Counted from the stretch's first letter, positions 1 to 11,840 are shown. The stretch is DNA of 64,000 bases from Pyrinomonadaceae bacterium (GCA_046313635.1 JBKBYA010000012.1:5451-69450); one strand, 5' to 3'. Made by a program: numbers and translations. The notes: generated from the letters alone by a model not told the origin.

Positions 1-159
1 GGGTGTGTTGGGGTGTGGTGGGGGTCCTCCCCCCCCCCCCCCACACCACTGCGTCGAAGCCGCGAGAACATCGCCCTGGTGAGAATGCCGGCGGAGCGGA
101 ACGCTCATATAACGAGCAATAAGCGGTCTGGACCTCGCAAAAAACAAAAAACCAAATAC

Positions 160-197
160 CAAAAACAAAAAGAGGCCGCCCTTTCAGACAGCCTCTT
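160..197 (-). terminator. Rho-independent terminator after pnp
   Basis: Minus strand AAGAGGCTGTC-TGAAAG-GGCGGCCTCTT followed by a T-rich tract. Confidence 0.7.
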
Positions 198-219
198 CAT
201 CTTGATCGATGGCCGCGCC

Positions 220-2346
220 TTATTCGGCGTTGCCGTTCGCGTTCGCTTTTTCCTCAAGGAGGATGGCCTTGCGCGAGAGCTTGATCTTGTTGCCCTCTTT
301 GCCGATGCACTTGACCATTATCTGCTGTCCCTCTTTGAGCTCGTCGCGAACGTCGCGGACGCGGCGATCGGAGATCTCGGAGATGTGCAGAAGCCCGTCG
401 AGTCCCGGCATGATCTCGACGAACGCGCCAAAGTCGACGATGCGCGAGACCGTACCGAGGTACGTCTCGCCGATCTCGGCCTCGGCCGTGAGCGACTTGA
501 TGCGGGCGATCGCACGCTGCGCGGCCTCGCCGTCTGCGGTCGCGATCAGGACCGTACCGTCATCCGAGATGTCGATCGTCGCACCCGTCTCCTCGGTGAT
601 CGAGCGGATCGTCGATCCGCCCTTGCCGATGACGTCGCGGATCTTGTCCGGATTGATGTGGATCGTGATGATCCGCGGCGCGTAGGGCGAGATGTCCTCA
701 CGCGGCTCGGCGATGGCCTGCTGCATGATGTCGAGGATGTGCATCCGCCCCTTGCGGGCCTGCTCGAGAGCTTCCTGCAGGATCATCGCGTTGATGCCGC
801 TGACCTTGATGTCCATCTGCAGAGCGGTGATGCCCTCTGACGTGCCGGTGACCTTAAAGTCCATATCGCCGTAATGGTCCTCGGCCCCGGCGATGTCGGA
901 GAGGATCGCGTAGCGATTGCCCTCCATCACGAGTCCCATCGCGACACCGGCGACGGGCCGCTTGATCGGCACGCCCGCGTCCATCAGGCTGAGACAGCCG
1001 CCGCAGACCGTGGCCATCGACGACGAGCCGTTCGACTCGGTGATCTCAGAAACGATGCGCAGCGTGTAAGGAAATTCCTCGTCGCTCGGCAGGACGGCCT
1101 CGAGCGCGCGGCGGGCCAGGTTGCCGTGACCGATCTCGCGCCGCGACGAGCCGCCGAATCGTCCCGTCTCGCCGACCGAGTACGGCGGGAAGTTGTAGTG
1201 CAGCATAAAGCGGCGGCGAACTTCTCCCTTTTCGAGATCGTCCATGAACTGCTCGTCGATCTTGGTTCCGAGCGTCGTGCTGACGATCGCCTGCGTCTCG
1301 CCGCGGGTAAAAAGGGCCGAGCCGTGAACGCGCGGCAGCCAGCCGACCTCGCAAGTGATCGGCCGGATCTCTGAGAACTTGCGTCCGTCGGGCCGGCGGC
1401 GCTTGCCCAGGATGTCCTCGCGAAAGATCTTTTCCTTGAGATAGCTAAAGACCTTGCCGGCCATCGAGCGCTTCTCGGCGTCGTCCTCCGGATAGCTGTC
1501 GACGACCTCCTTCTTGAGCGCGTCGACCGCGGCGTAGCTCGAGAGTTTGTCCTTGCCCGTGGTGTCGAGAGCCTCGCGCAGCCGCTGGCCGTAATTCGCC
1601 TCGATCTCGGTGATCAATGCCTCGTCCAGCGCCGGCGTCTCAAATGTGCGCTTGGTGATCTCGAGGGCCTTGAAGAGCTCTTTTTGCCACAGGCAGAGAC
1701 GCTTGATCTCTTTGTGTGCGAGCATCATCGCCTCGACCATTATGCTTTCGGCGACCTCGTTGGCCTCGGCCTCAACCATCACGATCGCTTCTTCGGTACC
1801 GGCGACGACGAGGTTCAGGTCAGACTCGCGGCGCTCGTCATAGGTCGGGTTGATGATGTACTTGCCGTCGACAAGACCGACGCGGATGCCGGCGATCGGA
1901 TTGACAAAGGGAATGTCGGAGAGATAGAGCGCGCAGGACGCTCCGGTGATGGCGATCACGTCCGGGTCGTTGTCGGCATCGGCCGAGATCACCGTACCGA
2001 CGATCTGCGTCTCAAAGCGGTAGCCGTCCGGAAAGAGCGGCCGCACGGGACGGTCGATAAGGCGGCAGGTCAGGACCTCTTTCTCATTGGGCCGGCCCTC
2101 TCGCCTGAAATAGTTCCCCGGGATGCGCCCTGCGGAGTACGACGATTCGCGATACTCGACCGTGAGCGGAAAAAAGTCGACGCCCTCTCGCGGCGTCTTG
2201 CCGCTCACCGCCGTGACCAGGACCATGGTATCGCCGTACCTGACGACGACAGAACCGTCGGCCTGCTTTGCCACCCGCCCGGTCTCGATGGACAACTCCT
2301 TGTCACCCACCTTGATCGATTCTTTCAAATAACGTTTTTGAGTCAT
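220..2346 (-). CDS. pnp: Polyribonucleotide nucleotidyltransferase (PNPase)
   Basis: 708 aa; RNase PH domains (DFFPLTVEYRE, SNGSSSMATVC, GDMDFKV), KH and S1 domains; downstream of rpsO. Confidence 0.99.
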   Translation of the reverse strand: MTQKRYLKESIKVGDKELSIETGRVAKQADGSVVVRYGDTMVLVTAVSGKTPREGVDFFPLTVEYRESSYSAGRIPGNYFRREGRPNEKEVLTCRLIDRPVRPLFPDGYRFETQIVGTVISADADNDPDVIAITGASCALYLSDIPFVNPIAGIRVGLVDGKYIINPTYDERRESDLNLVVAGTEEAIVMVEAEANEVAESIMVEAMMLAHKEIKRLCLWQKELFKALEITKRTFETPALDEALITEIEANYGQRLREALDTTGKDKLSSYAAVDALKKEVVDSYPEDDAEKRSMAGKVFSYLKEKIFREDILGKRRRPDGRKFSEIRPITCEVGWLPRVHGSALFTRGETQAIVSTTLGTKIDEQFMDDLEKGEVRRRFMLHYNFPPYSVGETGRFGGSSRREIGHGNLARRALEAVLPSDEEFPYTLRIVSEITESNGSSSMATVCGGCLSLMDAGVPIKRPVAGVAMGLVMEGNRYAILSDIAGAEDHYGDMDFKVTGTSEGITALQMDIKVSGINAMILQEALEQARKGRMHILDIMQQAIAEPREDISPYAPRIITIHINPDKIRDVIGKGGSTIRSITEETGATIDISDDGTVLIATADGEAAQRAIARIKSLTAEAEIGETYLGTVSRIVDFGAFVEIMPGLDGLLHISEISDRRVRDVRDELKEGQQIMVKCIGKEGNKIKLSRKAILLEEKANANGNAE

Positions 2347-2595
2347 TTCATTTTCCTAAAGCAAAAGCGGCGAGAGCCTAACCGTGAAGCCTCGCCGCCG
2401 CTGCAACGTATTGTTTGCTTGATGTTCTCATTTGCCTGCGGCCTCAAAAGCTGTCACGTTCAGCAACCGCGGCAAATACTTCGAGAGAACTCACTGTGTC
2501 TGACCCGAAGCGGCCAGCATGCGGTTCAAGGTCCGGGAGCAGGCGTCTTCGCAATAGCGAAACTGCGACGTATGCCGGCCCGGCCCCCTCCAGGC

Positions 2596-2865
2596 TTATC
2601 TCCTCAGACCCAGCCGCTCGATGATCTGGTGGTACTGATCGATATCGCGGCGCTTGAGGTAGTCGAGCAATTTTCGCCGACGCGAGACCATTTTAAGCAG
2701 TCCGCGGCGGGAATGGTTGTCTTTCTTGTGGACCTTAAAGTGCTCGGTCAGTTCGTTGATCCGCTGCGTGAGCAATGCGATCTGGACCTGCGACGACCCC
2801 GTGTCGCTGCCGTGGGTCTTATAGTCGCCAACTATCTTCTCTTTTACTTCTTTAACTGTTGCCAT
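2596..2865 (-). CDS. rpsO: 30S ribosomal protein S15
   Basis: 89 aa; [28 protein letters not shown]. Confidence 0.99.
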   Translation of the reverse strand: MATVKEVKEKIVGDYKTHGSDTGSSQVQIALLTQRINELTEHFKVHKKDNHSRRGLLKMVSRRRKLLDYLKRRDIDQYHQIIERLGLRR

Positions 2866-2972
2866 AAATCGTCTGACTTAAAACGGTCTCTCCTAGCTCG
2901 CAGTAACTCCGCAGTGGAATTTGCGGTAACCGCAAAAATTTCAACCCCTTAGGTACTTGGTTGATGGACTTT

Positions 2973-3001
2973 ATTCTACGAGAATCAAACGTAAGTCGCA
3001 A
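2973..3001 (-). promoter_or_regulatory. Putative sigma70 promoter of rpsO-pnp
   Basis: TTGCGA-N17-TAGAAT, about 100 nt upstream of the rpsO ATG. Confidence 0.6.
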
Positions 3002-3008
3002 CGCGACG

Positions 3009-4352
<1,344 letters not shown>

Positions 4353-4358
4353 AAGACT

Positions 4359-4432
4359 AGTCCAAAAGTCTAAGGTCCAAAGTCCAAGGTCGGTGTGCCG
4401 GCGCTCAAACTTTGGACCTTGGACTTTGGACC
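4359..4432. repeat. Inverted heptamer-repeat hairpin (RGTCCAA)n/(TTGGACY)n in accB-accC spacer
   Basis: AGTCCAA A AGTCTAA GGTCCAA AGTCCAA ... TTTGGAC CTTGGAC TTTGGAC. Confidence 0.85.
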
Positions 4433-4437
4433 CAGAA

Positions 4438-4986
4438 CTATTTCTTTACTCCGAAAAGCGGCTGGCCAAACTCGACCGGCTGACCATTCTCCGCGTAGAT
4501 CTTTACGATCTCGCCCGAGACCTCAGCCTGGATCTCGTTCATCAGCTTCATCGCTTCGACGATGCAGACGACGCTGTCAGGCGTGACCTTGCTGCCCTCT
4601 TTGACGTACGGCTCCTTGTCGGGGCCCGGAGCACGATAAAAGGTTCCGACGATCGGCGAAGTAATCTTGTGCAGACCGGCGTCGTCGTCCGCGGCCGGCT
4701 CGCCGGCCGGTGCGGCCGAGACCGGGCCCTGTGCGGGCTGGACCGCCGAGGCCTGAGGCGGAGCGGCGTAAACCGGTTGGGACTGAACGACCGGGGCCGC
4801 GGTCATCTTTGACAAACGGACCCGTATGTTCTCGTTCTCGAACTCAAAATCGGTGAACCCGTGCTCGTTGACCAGATTGGCGAGCTCGCGGAGCTCGTCC
4901 ATATTCAATGAGGCAGTTGCCGGATCGTTCTTCTTTTTCACCGGTGCGGTCTCTTTCGATCTTGCGCTCGCCGAATCTTCGCTCAT
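4438..4986 (-). CDS. accB: Acetyl-CoA carboxylase biotin carboxyl carrier protein
   Basis: 182 aa; Ala/Pro linker, [17 protein letters not shown] biotinylation motif. Confidence 0.98.
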   Translation of the reverse strand: MSEDSASARSKETAPVKKKNDPATASLNMDELRELANLVNEHGFTDFEFENENIRVRLSKMTAAPVVQSQPVYAAPPQASAVQPAQGPVSAAPAGEPAADDDAGLHKITSPIVGTFYRAPGPDKEPYVKEGSKVTPDSVVCIVEAMKLMNEIQAEVSGEIVKIYAENGQPVEFGQPLFGVKK

Positions 4987-5001
4987 CTTTGGCTCCTTGG
5001 T

Positions 5002-5511
5002 TTAGGCCTTTGCAGCCAGCTCGCGGGGATTGTCGACCAATTCGATCACTGCCAGTTCGGCGTTGTCGCCGCTGCGGCGGCCGAGCTTGACGATCCGTGT
5101 ATATCCGCCGTTGCGGTCCTTGTAACGCGGGCCGAGCTCGCCGAAGAGTCGCTGGACGGCCTTGACGCCGGCCGTGCGCTCGATCGGCTCCTTAGCCTCG
5201 CCCTTCTTACCGCGGAAGCGGCTCTGGGCGATCTTGAATGTCGAATTGCCCGCGTGGAAGAACCGCGCGGCCTGCCGGCGAAGATTCACCTCGCGCATTC
5301 GGCCGTCGGTCGTCGAGCCGTCGACGCTCTGCGCCTTGCGGGCGAGCGTGATCGCCTTTTCGACGAACGGGCGAAGCTCCTTGGCCTTGGGAACCGTCGT
5401 GATGATGTACTCCTTTTCGGAATTGATCAGCGACGTCGCGAGATTGCGGAGCAGCGAAATGCGGTGCTCGGTCGTCCGACCCAATTTTCGATGTGCTTTA
5501 AGATGTCTCAT
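5002..5511 (-). CDS. rplQ: 50S ribosomal protein L17 (with internal insertions)
   Basis: [13 protein letters not shown]...[12 protein letters not shown]; follows rpoA. Confidence 0.97.
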   Translation of the reverse strand: MRHLKAHRKLGRTTEHRISLLRNLATSLINSEKEYIITTVPKAKELRPFVEKAITLARKAQSVDGSTTDGRMREVNLRRQAARFFHAGNSTFKIAQSRFRGKKGEAKEPIERTAGVKAVQRLFGELGPRYKDRNGGYTRIVKLGRRSGDNAELAVIELVDNPRELAAKA

Positions 5512-5516
5512 AAAAA

Positions 5517-5588
5517 CAGTTGTCAGTGGTCGGCGGTCGGTGGCCGGCCCGCGTTAATGCGGGCCTTGGCGATCTCCCGCCGGCAACT
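5517..5588. repeat. Degenerate heptamer-repeat hairpin (CRGTGGT)n in rpoA-rplQ spacer
   Basis: CAGTTGT CAGTGGT CGGCGGT CGGTGGC, central GGCCCGC/GCGGGCC stem, degenerate inverted arm. Confidence 0.65.
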
Positions 5589-5591
5589 TGT

Positions 5592-6605
5592 CTATTCCAT
5601 GTCGCGGCCGCCGGTGCCCGGGATCGGATTTCCCTGCTCGTCAAAGTCCATTCCAAAATCCAGGCCCATGCCGTGCAGCAGGTCTTTGATCTCGGTGAGC
5701 GACTTTTTGCCAAAATTCTTGGTGCCGAGCATGTCCTTTTCAGACCGCTTGATCAGGTCGCGGATCGTGCGAATGTCGGCATTCTTGAGGCAGTTGTACG
5801 AGCGGACCGAGAGCTCGAGCTCGTCGACCGGCTTATCGAGCAGGTCGTTGCGCATCAGCGGCGGACGGGCGATGTCCTCGTATTTGTACTCCTCTTCTTC
5901 CTCTTCAAAGTTGATGAAGATCGTCATGTGGTCCTTCACCAGCTTTGCCGCGAGGCCGATCGAATCTTCAGGAGCGACCGAGCCGTCCGTCCAGACCTCG
6001 ATGGTGAGCTTGTCGTACTCGGTATTCGATCCCATGCGGGTTTTGTCGACCGAGTAGTTGACCTTCTTGATCGGCGTGTGCACCGAGTCGATCGGGATGT
6101 AGCCGACCGAGAGATCGTCGTCGTTATTCAGCTCGGCCGAGACATAGCCGCGGCCTCGCTTGAGCCGCATCTCGATGGCGAGCGAGCCGCCCGCGCTGAT
6201 CGTGGCGATGTGAATGTTCGGGTCGAGCACCTCGACGTCGGCGTCGGTCTCGATATCGGCGCTTGTCACCTCGCCGGCACCCTTCTTACGGATGGTCAGC
6301 GTCTTGGGGCCGCTGCCGTGCAGTTGGAAAGGGATCTGCTTGAGGTTGAGGATCACGTCGGTCGCGTCCTCGACGACGCCCTTGATCGACGAGAACTCGT
6401 GCTCTACGCCCTCGATCTTTACAGCTGTGATCGCGGCACCCTCGATCGAAGAAAGCAGAGCACGGCGGATCGAGTTGCCGATCGTCGTACCGAATCCGCG
6501 CTCAAACGGCTGTGCGTAAAACTTTCCGTAACGATTCGTCAAAGTCTCCGTGTCGACATTCAGCCGGCCCGGCATTTGGAAATCTGTCCAATTGTTTTGT
6601 GCCAT
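5592..6605 (-). CDS. rpoA: DNA-directed RNA polymerase subunit alpha
   Basis: 337 aa; [37 protein letters not shown]. Confidence 0.99.
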   Translation of the reverse strand: MAQNNWTDFQMPGRLNVDTETLTNRYGKFYAQPFERGFGTTIGNSIRRALLSSIEGAAITAVKIEGVEHEFSSIKGVVEDATDVILNLKQIPFQLHGSGPKTLTIRKKGAGEVTSADIETDADVEVLDPNIHIATISAGGSLAIEMRLKRGRGYVSAELNNDDDLSVGYIPIDSVHTPIKKVNYSVDKTRMGSNTEYDKLTIEVWTDGSVAPEDSIGLAAKLVKDHMTIFINFEEEEEEYKYEDIARPPLMRNDLLDKPVDELELSVRSYNCLKNADIRTIRDLIKRSEKDMLGTKNFGKKSLTEIKDLLHGMGLDFGMDFDEQGNPIPGTGGRDME

Positions 6606-6617
6606 ATTCTTTTTTTA

Positions 6618-6697
6618 AAGTTCCGAGTTCCAGGTTCCAAGTTTCAAGTTCAAAGGCCGTCTGCGGACCTGAAACGCGAAACCCTGAACCCGGAACT
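6618..6697. repeat. Inverted heptamer-repeat hairpin (RRGTTYC)n in rpsD-rpoA spacer
   Basis: 30-nt arms at 6619-6648 and 6668-6697; on the mRNA strand 23 Watson-Crick pairs, 5 G.U and 2 mismatches. Confidence 0.9.
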
Positions 6698-6704
6698 GTT
6701 CTAA

Positions 6705-7337
6705 CTACTTGCTGTAAAGCTCAACGATAAGCTGCTCGTTGATATTCGGATCGATATCTTCGCGTTTGGGCGAGCCCGAGACGACAACGCTCAGGTCGGT
6801 ATCGCCGACGCCGATCCACGACGGGCGTCCGCGGCCAACGGCGGTCTCCCACGCTCCGGCGACGTGCGCGTTGGCGCGGCTCTTGTCCTTGACGGTCACG
6901 ACATCACCCGTCTTGACCTGGAACGACGGGATGTTGACCTTTTTACCGTTGACGAGGATGTGACCGTGATTGACGAGCTGGCGGGCCTGACGCCGCGACG
7001 TCGAAAAGCCTGCCCGGTAAACGACGTTGTCGAGCCGGCGCTCGAGCATGAAAAGGAGGTTTTCGCCGGTGACGCCCTTTTGCCTCAGAGCCTTTTCAAA
7101 GTAGTTGCGGAACTGCGTCTCGAGGACGAAATACATCCGCTTCACCTTTTGCTTTTCACGCAGCTGCTGGCCGTAGCCGGCGAGGGCCTTGCGGCGTGCC
7201 GAGCCATGCTGTCCGGGCGGGTTGGTCCCGCGCTTTTCGATCGCGCATGAGGGCTTGAAACAGCGATCGCCCTTGAGAAATAACTTTGCACCTTCGCGGC
7301 GGCACAGCCGGCACACCGCATCTCTATATCTAGCCAT
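6705..7337 (-). CDS. rpsD: 30S ribosomal protein S4
   Basis: Start at [16 protein letters not shown] (ATG 7337); [23 protein letters not shown]. Confidence 0.98.
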   Translation of the reverse strand: MARYRDAVCRLCRREGAKLFLKGDRCFKPSCAIEKRGTNPPGQHGSARRKALAGYGQQLREKQKVKRMYFVLETQFRNYFEKALRQKGVTGENLLFMLERRLDNVVYRAGFSTSRRQARQLVNHGHILVNGKKVNIPSFQVKTGDVVTVKDKSRANAHVAGAWETAVGRGRPSWIGVGDTDLSVVVSGSPKREDIDPNINEQLIVELYSK

Positions 7338-7492
7338 TTTAGTTTTTGCTGCCTCCGACGAACGCGGCCTCCGGCCGCGATCGGTCAAATCGGAAAAGTT
7401 TACGGGAGGCGTTGCCGCACCCCTTCGTCCTTTCGATAAATATGTGTCGGCCCGTCGCTCGAACGTCGTTCAAAAAAACCGGGCCGGCGGAA

Positions 7493-7897
7493 TCAAACTC
7501 TGCGACGCTTGGGCGGTCTGCAGCCGTTGTGCGGGATCGGCGTCGTGTCGCGGATCGACGTCACGCGGATCCCGGCCTGGGCGATCGCGCGGATCGCAGA
7601 CTCACGTCCGCCGCCGGGCCCTTTGACCCGCACCTCGACCTCACGCATCCCGGCCTCGGCGGCTTTACGCGCCGCTTCGCCGGCAGCCTGCTGTGCTGCG
7701 AAGGGCGTGCCCTTACGCGAACCGCGGAACCCGCGGGCACCGGACGAGGATTGCGCGACGAGATTGCCCTGCGTGTCGGTGATCGAGATCAAAGTGTTGT
7801 TGAACGAAGCGGCGATGTGAACGATCCCGGCCGGAATGTTCTTTTTCTCGCGCTTCTTAAAAGTCTTTTTCTTGGTACTTGCTGCAGCTTTTGCCAT
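7493..7897 (-). CDS. rpsK: 30S ribosomal protein S11
   Basis: [35 protein letters not shown]. Confidence 0.99.
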   Translation of the reverse strand: MAKAAASTKKKTFKKREKKNIPAGIVHIAASFNNTLISITDTQGNLVAQSSSGARGFRGSRKGTPFAAQQAAGEAARKAAEAGMREVEVRVKGPGGGRESAIRAIAQAGIRVTSIRDTTPIPHNGCRPPKRRRV

Positions 7898-7904
7898 AAA
7901 AAAT

Positions 7905-7979
7905 CTGTTGTCGGCGGCAGGCCTCCGGTCGTCGGCCGCAGATCGTCGATCTGACGGGTGTCAACCGGCGGCCCGCAGC
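7905..7979. repeat. Highly degenerate heptamer repeat (CGGTCGT-like) in rpsM-rpsK spacer
   Basis: CTGTTGT CGGCGGC AGGCCTC CGGTCGT CGGCCGC AGATCGT, 7-nt phase. Confidence 0.4.
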
Positions 7980-8363
7980 TTACTTCTTGCCCGGAGCCTT
8001 CTTCTTGGCGACAGCGGCCTTACGCGGACCTTTGCGGGTGCGCGCGTTGGTATGCGTGCGCTGGCCGCGGACGGGCAGGCTCCTGCGATGGCGAAGTCCG
8101 CGGTAGCAGCCGATGTCCATCAGCCGCTTGATGTCCATCTGGACACGCTTGCGGAGGTCGCCCTCGATATCGCCCTGAGCGTCGAGGATCGCGCGAATGC
8201 GGTTGAGCTCGTCCTCGCTCAGATCGCGGATCTTGGCGTCGACGCTGATATTCGCTTCGTCCAAGATCGCGGTCGCGCGCGACTTGCCTACTCCGTAAAT
8301 GTACGTCAGCCCGATCTGGGCCCTCTTATTCGGTGGTAAATCTACTCCTGCTACACGAGCCAT
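7980..8363 (-). CDS. rpsM: 30S ribosomal protein S13
   Basis: Start [10 protein letters not shown] (ATG 8363); [26 protein letters not shown]. Confidence 0.98.
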   Translation of the reverse strand: MARVAGVDLPPNKRAQIGLTYIYGVGKSRATAILDEANISVDAKIRDLSEDELNRIRAILDAQGDIEGDLRKRVQMDIKRLMDIGCYRGLRHRRSLPVRGQRTHTNARTRKGPRKAAVAKKKAPGKK

Positions 8364-8368
8364 ATCTT

Positions 8369-8421
8369 GATTTCGGATGCCGGACCGCGGATCAAGATCC
8401 CGCACTCCGCATTCCGCATTC
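8369..8421. repeat. Inverted heptamer-repeat hairpin in rpmJ-rpsM spacer
   Basis: GATTTCG GATGCCG GACCGCG GAT ... ATCCCGC ACTCCGC ATTCCGC ATTC. Confidence 0.75.
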
Positions 8422-8426
8422 TCCTA

Positions 8427-8540
8427 TTATCCTTGCCGCTGCTTGTGCTTCGGGTTGTCGCAAATTACACGCACGACCCCCTTGCGGTGGATGATCTTGC
8501 ACTTGTCGCAAATCTTCTTAACTGAAGGGCGTACTTTCAT
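8427..8540 (-). CDS. rpmJ: 50S ribosomal protein L36 (not in ORF track)
   Basis: Manual translation [37 protein letters not shown], 37 aa, zinc-ribbon form. Confidence 0.98.
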   Translation of the reverse strand: MKVRPSVKKICDKCKIIHRKGVVRVICDNPKHKQRQG

Positions 8541-8552
8541 GATTATTCCCTC

Positions 8553-8774
8553 TTACTTGTATCGATACGTGATACGTCCCCGGCTGAGATCGTAGGGTGA
8601 CAGCTCGACCAAAACCCTATCGCCCGGCAGAATGCGAATGAAATTCTTCCGCATCTTTCCCGAAATATGGGCCAGCACTTCATGCTCGTTGCCTTCGATC
8701 GCGACCTTGAACATCGCGTTCGGCAGCGTCTCGAGCACCGTCGCCGTCACTTCTATCGCCTCTTCTTTAGACAT
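8553..8774 (-). CDS. infA: Translation initiation factor IF-1
   Basis: [31 protein letters not shown]. Confidence 0.99.
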   Translation of the reverse strand: MSKEEAIEVTATVLETLPNAMFKVAIEGNEHEVLAHISGKMRKNFIRILPGDRVLVELSPYDLSRGRITYRYK

Positions 8775-8816
8775 AATAGCCTAAGCCAACAAATTGCCTG
8801 GCTGGACAAACCCTTA

Positions 8817-8845
8817 ATGTTACTAGCATAGTCCGGCCGTTTCAA
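8817..8845 (-). promoter_or_regulatory. Putative sigma70 promoter for the infA-alpha operon
   Basis: TTGAAA-N17-TAACAT upstream of infA. Confidence 0.6.
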
Positions 8846-8846
8846 G

Positions 8847-9641
8847 TCAGACGGCGGCCGTTTCCGCATTTTGACTCCGGCGGGCCTTTTGCTCGCTGGT
8901 GAGCGTTAAGATCTCGGGCCCGTCCGGCGTCACCGCGATCGTGTGTTCGGCGTGCGCTGACGGCTTGCCGTCGAGCGTCACGACCGTCCATTTGTCCGAC
9001 AGTGTGCGGGTGGCCTCGGTGCCGATGTTGAGCATCGGCTCGATCGCGAAGCAGTAACCCGCGCGGATCTTTTCGCGTGTCCCCGGACGCCCGTAATTCG
9101 GTATCTGCGGAGCCTCGTGCATCGCCCGGCCGATGCCGTGGCCGGTGTAATCGCGAACGATCCCGTAACCGTACTTTTCTGCGTGCTGCTGGATCGCCCA
9201 GCCGATATCGCCGATGCGGTTATTCGGGCGGCACTGCTGGATCCCGAGCTCGAGACATTCGTCTGTCACTCGGATGAGCTGGAGCAACTCATCCGACACT
9301 CGGCCCACCGGCACGGTCGTCGCGGTGTCGCCGACGAATCCCTGGTACGTGGCCGCCATGTCGAGCGACACGATATCGCCCTCTTTGAGCGGCGTCGTCT
9401 TTGAAAACCCGTGCACAACCTCATCGTTGACCGACGCGCAGATGGCGTACGGGAAGCCGTGATAGCCGATAAAGGTCGGGATCGCACCGGCGTCGCGGAT
9501 CATCTTTTCGGCCGCGGCATTGAGTTCCATAGTCGAGATGCCCGGCTCGACCATCGCTCGCAGCGCTTCGCGAACGCCGGCGATCAACTCGCCGACCGCC
9601 CGCATCTTGTCGAGGTCTTTTGCTGACTTTGCGATGATCAT
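8847..9641 (-). CDS. map: Type I methionine aminopeptidase
   Basis: Start MIIAKSAKD (ATG 9641); CASVNDEVVHG, GHGIGRAMHE, AIEPM, AHAEHT. Confidence 0.97.
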   Translation of the reverse strand: MIIAKSAKDLDKMRAVGELIAGVREALRAMVEPGISTMELNAAAEKMIRDAGAIPTFIGYHGFPYAICASVNDEVVHGFSKTTPLKEGDIVSLDMAATYQGFVGDTATTVPVGRVSDELLQLIRVTDECLELGIQQCRPNNRIGDIGWAIQQHAEKYGYGIVRDYTGHGIGRAMHEAPQIPNYGRPGTREKIRAGYCFAIEPMLNIGTEATRTLSDKWTVVTLDGKPSAHAEHTIAVTPDGPEILTLTSEQKARRSQNAETAAV

Positions 9642-9697
9642 CGATCTTAGAAAACCAAACCCGCTCGGACGCCGCACACGCCGCCGCGGCCCTCGAA

Positions 9698-10345
9698 CTA
9701 ATCGACCAGCCGCTCGATATCGCGGTAAATATCCTCGACCGCACCGGTGCCGCTTACCTTTTCGAGCCGGCCGGTGCGTGCGTAGTAGTCCAGCAGTGGG
9801 GCGGTCTGAGAGCGATACGTTTCGAGCCTTGTCCGCACCGTGTCTTCGTAGTCGTCCGCCCTGTGCATCAAAACCGCATCGGGATGAAGGTCGCAGACGC
9901 CGTCGCTCTTCGGCGGCTTGGAGTAAACGTTGTAGATCTCGCCGCACTCCGGGCACGTCCGGCGGCCCGTCAGCCGGCGGAACAATTCGTCCTCGGGAAC
10001 GTCGACCTCTATCGCCTGAATCGTCTTGTCCTGCTCACGAGCGAGCTCCTCGAGCTGCTCGGCTTGCACGGCCGTCCGCGGGTAACCGTCAAGCACGTAC
10101 GTCCCCGCGGCGTCGGGCTTGGACGTTCGTTCGCGTACGATCCGGTATGTGATGTCGTCCGAGATCAGCTGACCCGCGGCCATTATCGCCTGCACCTCTC
10201 TCGCAAGCGGCGTGTCGAGCGTCTTCATCTCGCGAAACATATCGCCGGTCGAGATCTGGGGAATGCCGCGCCTCTCCTGCAGGAGCCTCGCCTGTGTGCC
10301 CTTGCCCGCACCGGGCGCACCGATCAGAACGATGATTTTAGCCAT
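9698..10345 (-). CDS. adk: Adenylate kinase
   Basis: GAPGAGKGT P-loop, STGDMFR, LDGYPRT, LID domain. Confidence 0.98.
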   Translation of the reverse strand: MAKIIVLIGAPGAGKGTQARLLQERRGIPQISTGDMFREMKTLDTPLAREVQAIMAAGQLISDDITYRIVRERTSKPDAAGTYVLDGYPRTAVQAEQLEELAREQDKTIQAIEVDVPEDELFRRLTGRRTCPECGEIYNVYSKPPKSDGVCDLHPDAVLMHRADDYEDTVRTRLETYRSQTAPLLDYYARTGRLEKVSGTGAVEDIYRDIERLVD

Positions 10346-10354
10346 TCACAAATC

Positions 10355-10399
10355 GGACGCGGCGACACGGTGAGTAGTTCCCTCTCCGCGCCACCGCGC
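10355..10399. repeat. Short octamer-repeat hairpin in secY-adk spacer
   Basis: GGACGCGG CGACACGG TGAG ... CTCTCCGC GCCACCGC GC. Confidence 0.45.
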
Positions 10400-10424
10400 A
10401 AAAGTACAGTGTGTTTGAGCAGGT

Positions 10425-11840
10425 CTATGCTCTGCGGCCTCTAAGCCGCGAGCCTGCTCCGAGAAAGCCCTCGTAGTTTCTCATCACGAGCTGCGCCTCG
10501 ATCTGCGCGACCGTGTCCATCGCCACGCCGACGAGGATGAGTAGCGACGTGCCGCCAAAGAAGAATTGATACCCGAGACCCGTCGGTATCCAGCTCAGAC
10601 CCGGCGTCGCCGTCAAAAAGTTGTCGAGGGCCGTGCCGATATACGGCAGCCGAGCGACCCGAAAACCGCTCAGAAGGATCTGCGGAACGAACGCGACGAA
10701 TGCCAGATACAACGCTCCGACGGTTGTGAGACGCGTAAGGATCGCATTGAGATACTCGGCCGTCGGCGCTCCTGGCCTGATCCCGGCGATGAAGCCGCCA
10801 TGCTTGCGCAGATTGTCGGCGACCTCGTCGGTATTGAACACGATCGTGATGTAAAAGAACGTGAACAGCACGATCAGCGAGAGGAAAAACAGCTCGTAAA
10901 AAGGATCGCCGCCATGAAACTGCTGAAAGAACTGATATACCTGCGACCAGGTCGAGTTAGGATCGTTCGGGTCCGGCGGGAAAGCCGAAAAGACCGTCTG
11001 CGGCAATGCCAGCACCGACGACGCGAAGATCACAGGGATCACGCCGCCCATATTGATCTTGAGCGGCAGGCTCGTCTCCTGCCCGCGGAAGGTCTGATTG
11101 CCCACGCGCCGGCTTGCGTAACTGATCGCGATATTGCGGCGGGCCGATTCGACGTACACGATCAATGCGATCAGGGCCAGGAGCACGACCACCAGAAAGA
11201 CGACGCCGACGATCTGCATCGCGTCCCCGCTCAGGCGTTCTGATACTTGCAGCAGCCCCGACGGCAGGCCGACGACGATACCCGCAAAGATGAGCAAAGA
11301 AATGCCGTTGCCGACGCCGCGCTCGGTGATCTGCTCGCCGAGCCACATCACAAAGATCGTCCCGGTCGTGAGCGTGACCACGATCAGACCGGTCGCCCAC
11401 CAGGTGTCGGCGATGATGCCGTTGCGGTTGAGCCATGTCGCGACAAAGAATGTCTGGACCGCGCACAGCACGACCGTCAGGTACCGCGTCCACTGATTCA
11501 TCTTTTGCCGGCCGACCTCGCCCTCTTCCTGGATCTTTTTCATCGCAGGCGAGAGCACGGGCATAAGCTGCATGATGATCGAGGCGGTGATGTAAGGCGT
11601 GACGCCGAGCGCGAAAAGCGAGATCGTCCGAAAGTTGCCGCCCGAGAAAAGGTCGAGCACGCCGAGCAGCGTACCCGCGACCTCGCTCCAGACTTGTTCG
11701 AGCCGCACCTTGTCGATTCCCGGCGCCGTGACGTGGCTGCCGAGTCGATACACGGCCAAGAGCCCGAGCGTGAAGAGTATCCTCTTCCGCAGCTCGGGGA
11801 TCTTGAACATATTCTGGACGGCTAAAAAGAACTTCTCCAT
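10425..11840 (-). CDS. secY: Preprotein translocase subunit SecY
   Basis: 471 aa membrane protein; FALGVTPYITASI, GNGISLLIF, GGVIPVIFASS, GIRPG, GGTSLLI. Confidence 0.99.
   Translation of the reverse strand: MEKFFLAVQNMFKIPELRKRILFTLGLLAVYRLGSHVTAPGIDKVRLEQVWSEVAGTLLGVLDLFSGGNFRTISLFALGVTPYITASIIMQLMPVLSPAMKKIQEEGEVGRQKMNQWTRYLTVVLCAVQTFFVATWLNRNGIIADTWWATGLIVVTLTTGTIFVMWLGEQITERGVGNGISLLIFAGIVVGLPSGLLQVSERLSGDAMQIVGVVFLVVVLLALIALIVYVESARRNIAISYASRRVGNQTFRGQETSLPLKINMGGVIPVIFASSVLALPQTVFSAFPPDPNDPNSTWSQVYQFFQQFHGGDPFYELFFLSLIVLFTFFYITIVFNTDEVADNLRKHGGFIAGIRPGAPTAEYLNAILTRLTTVGALYLAFVAFVPQILLSGFRVARLPYIGTALDNFLTATPGLSWIPTGLGYQFFFGGTSLLILVGVAMDTVAQIEAQLVMRNYEGFLGAGSRLRGRRA

Noticed and set aside
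1..50. G-rich/C-rich stretch with a long C run that could form a hairpin or G-quadruplex
   Set aside because: Low complexity at the very edge of the window; more likely a low-quality sequence end than biology
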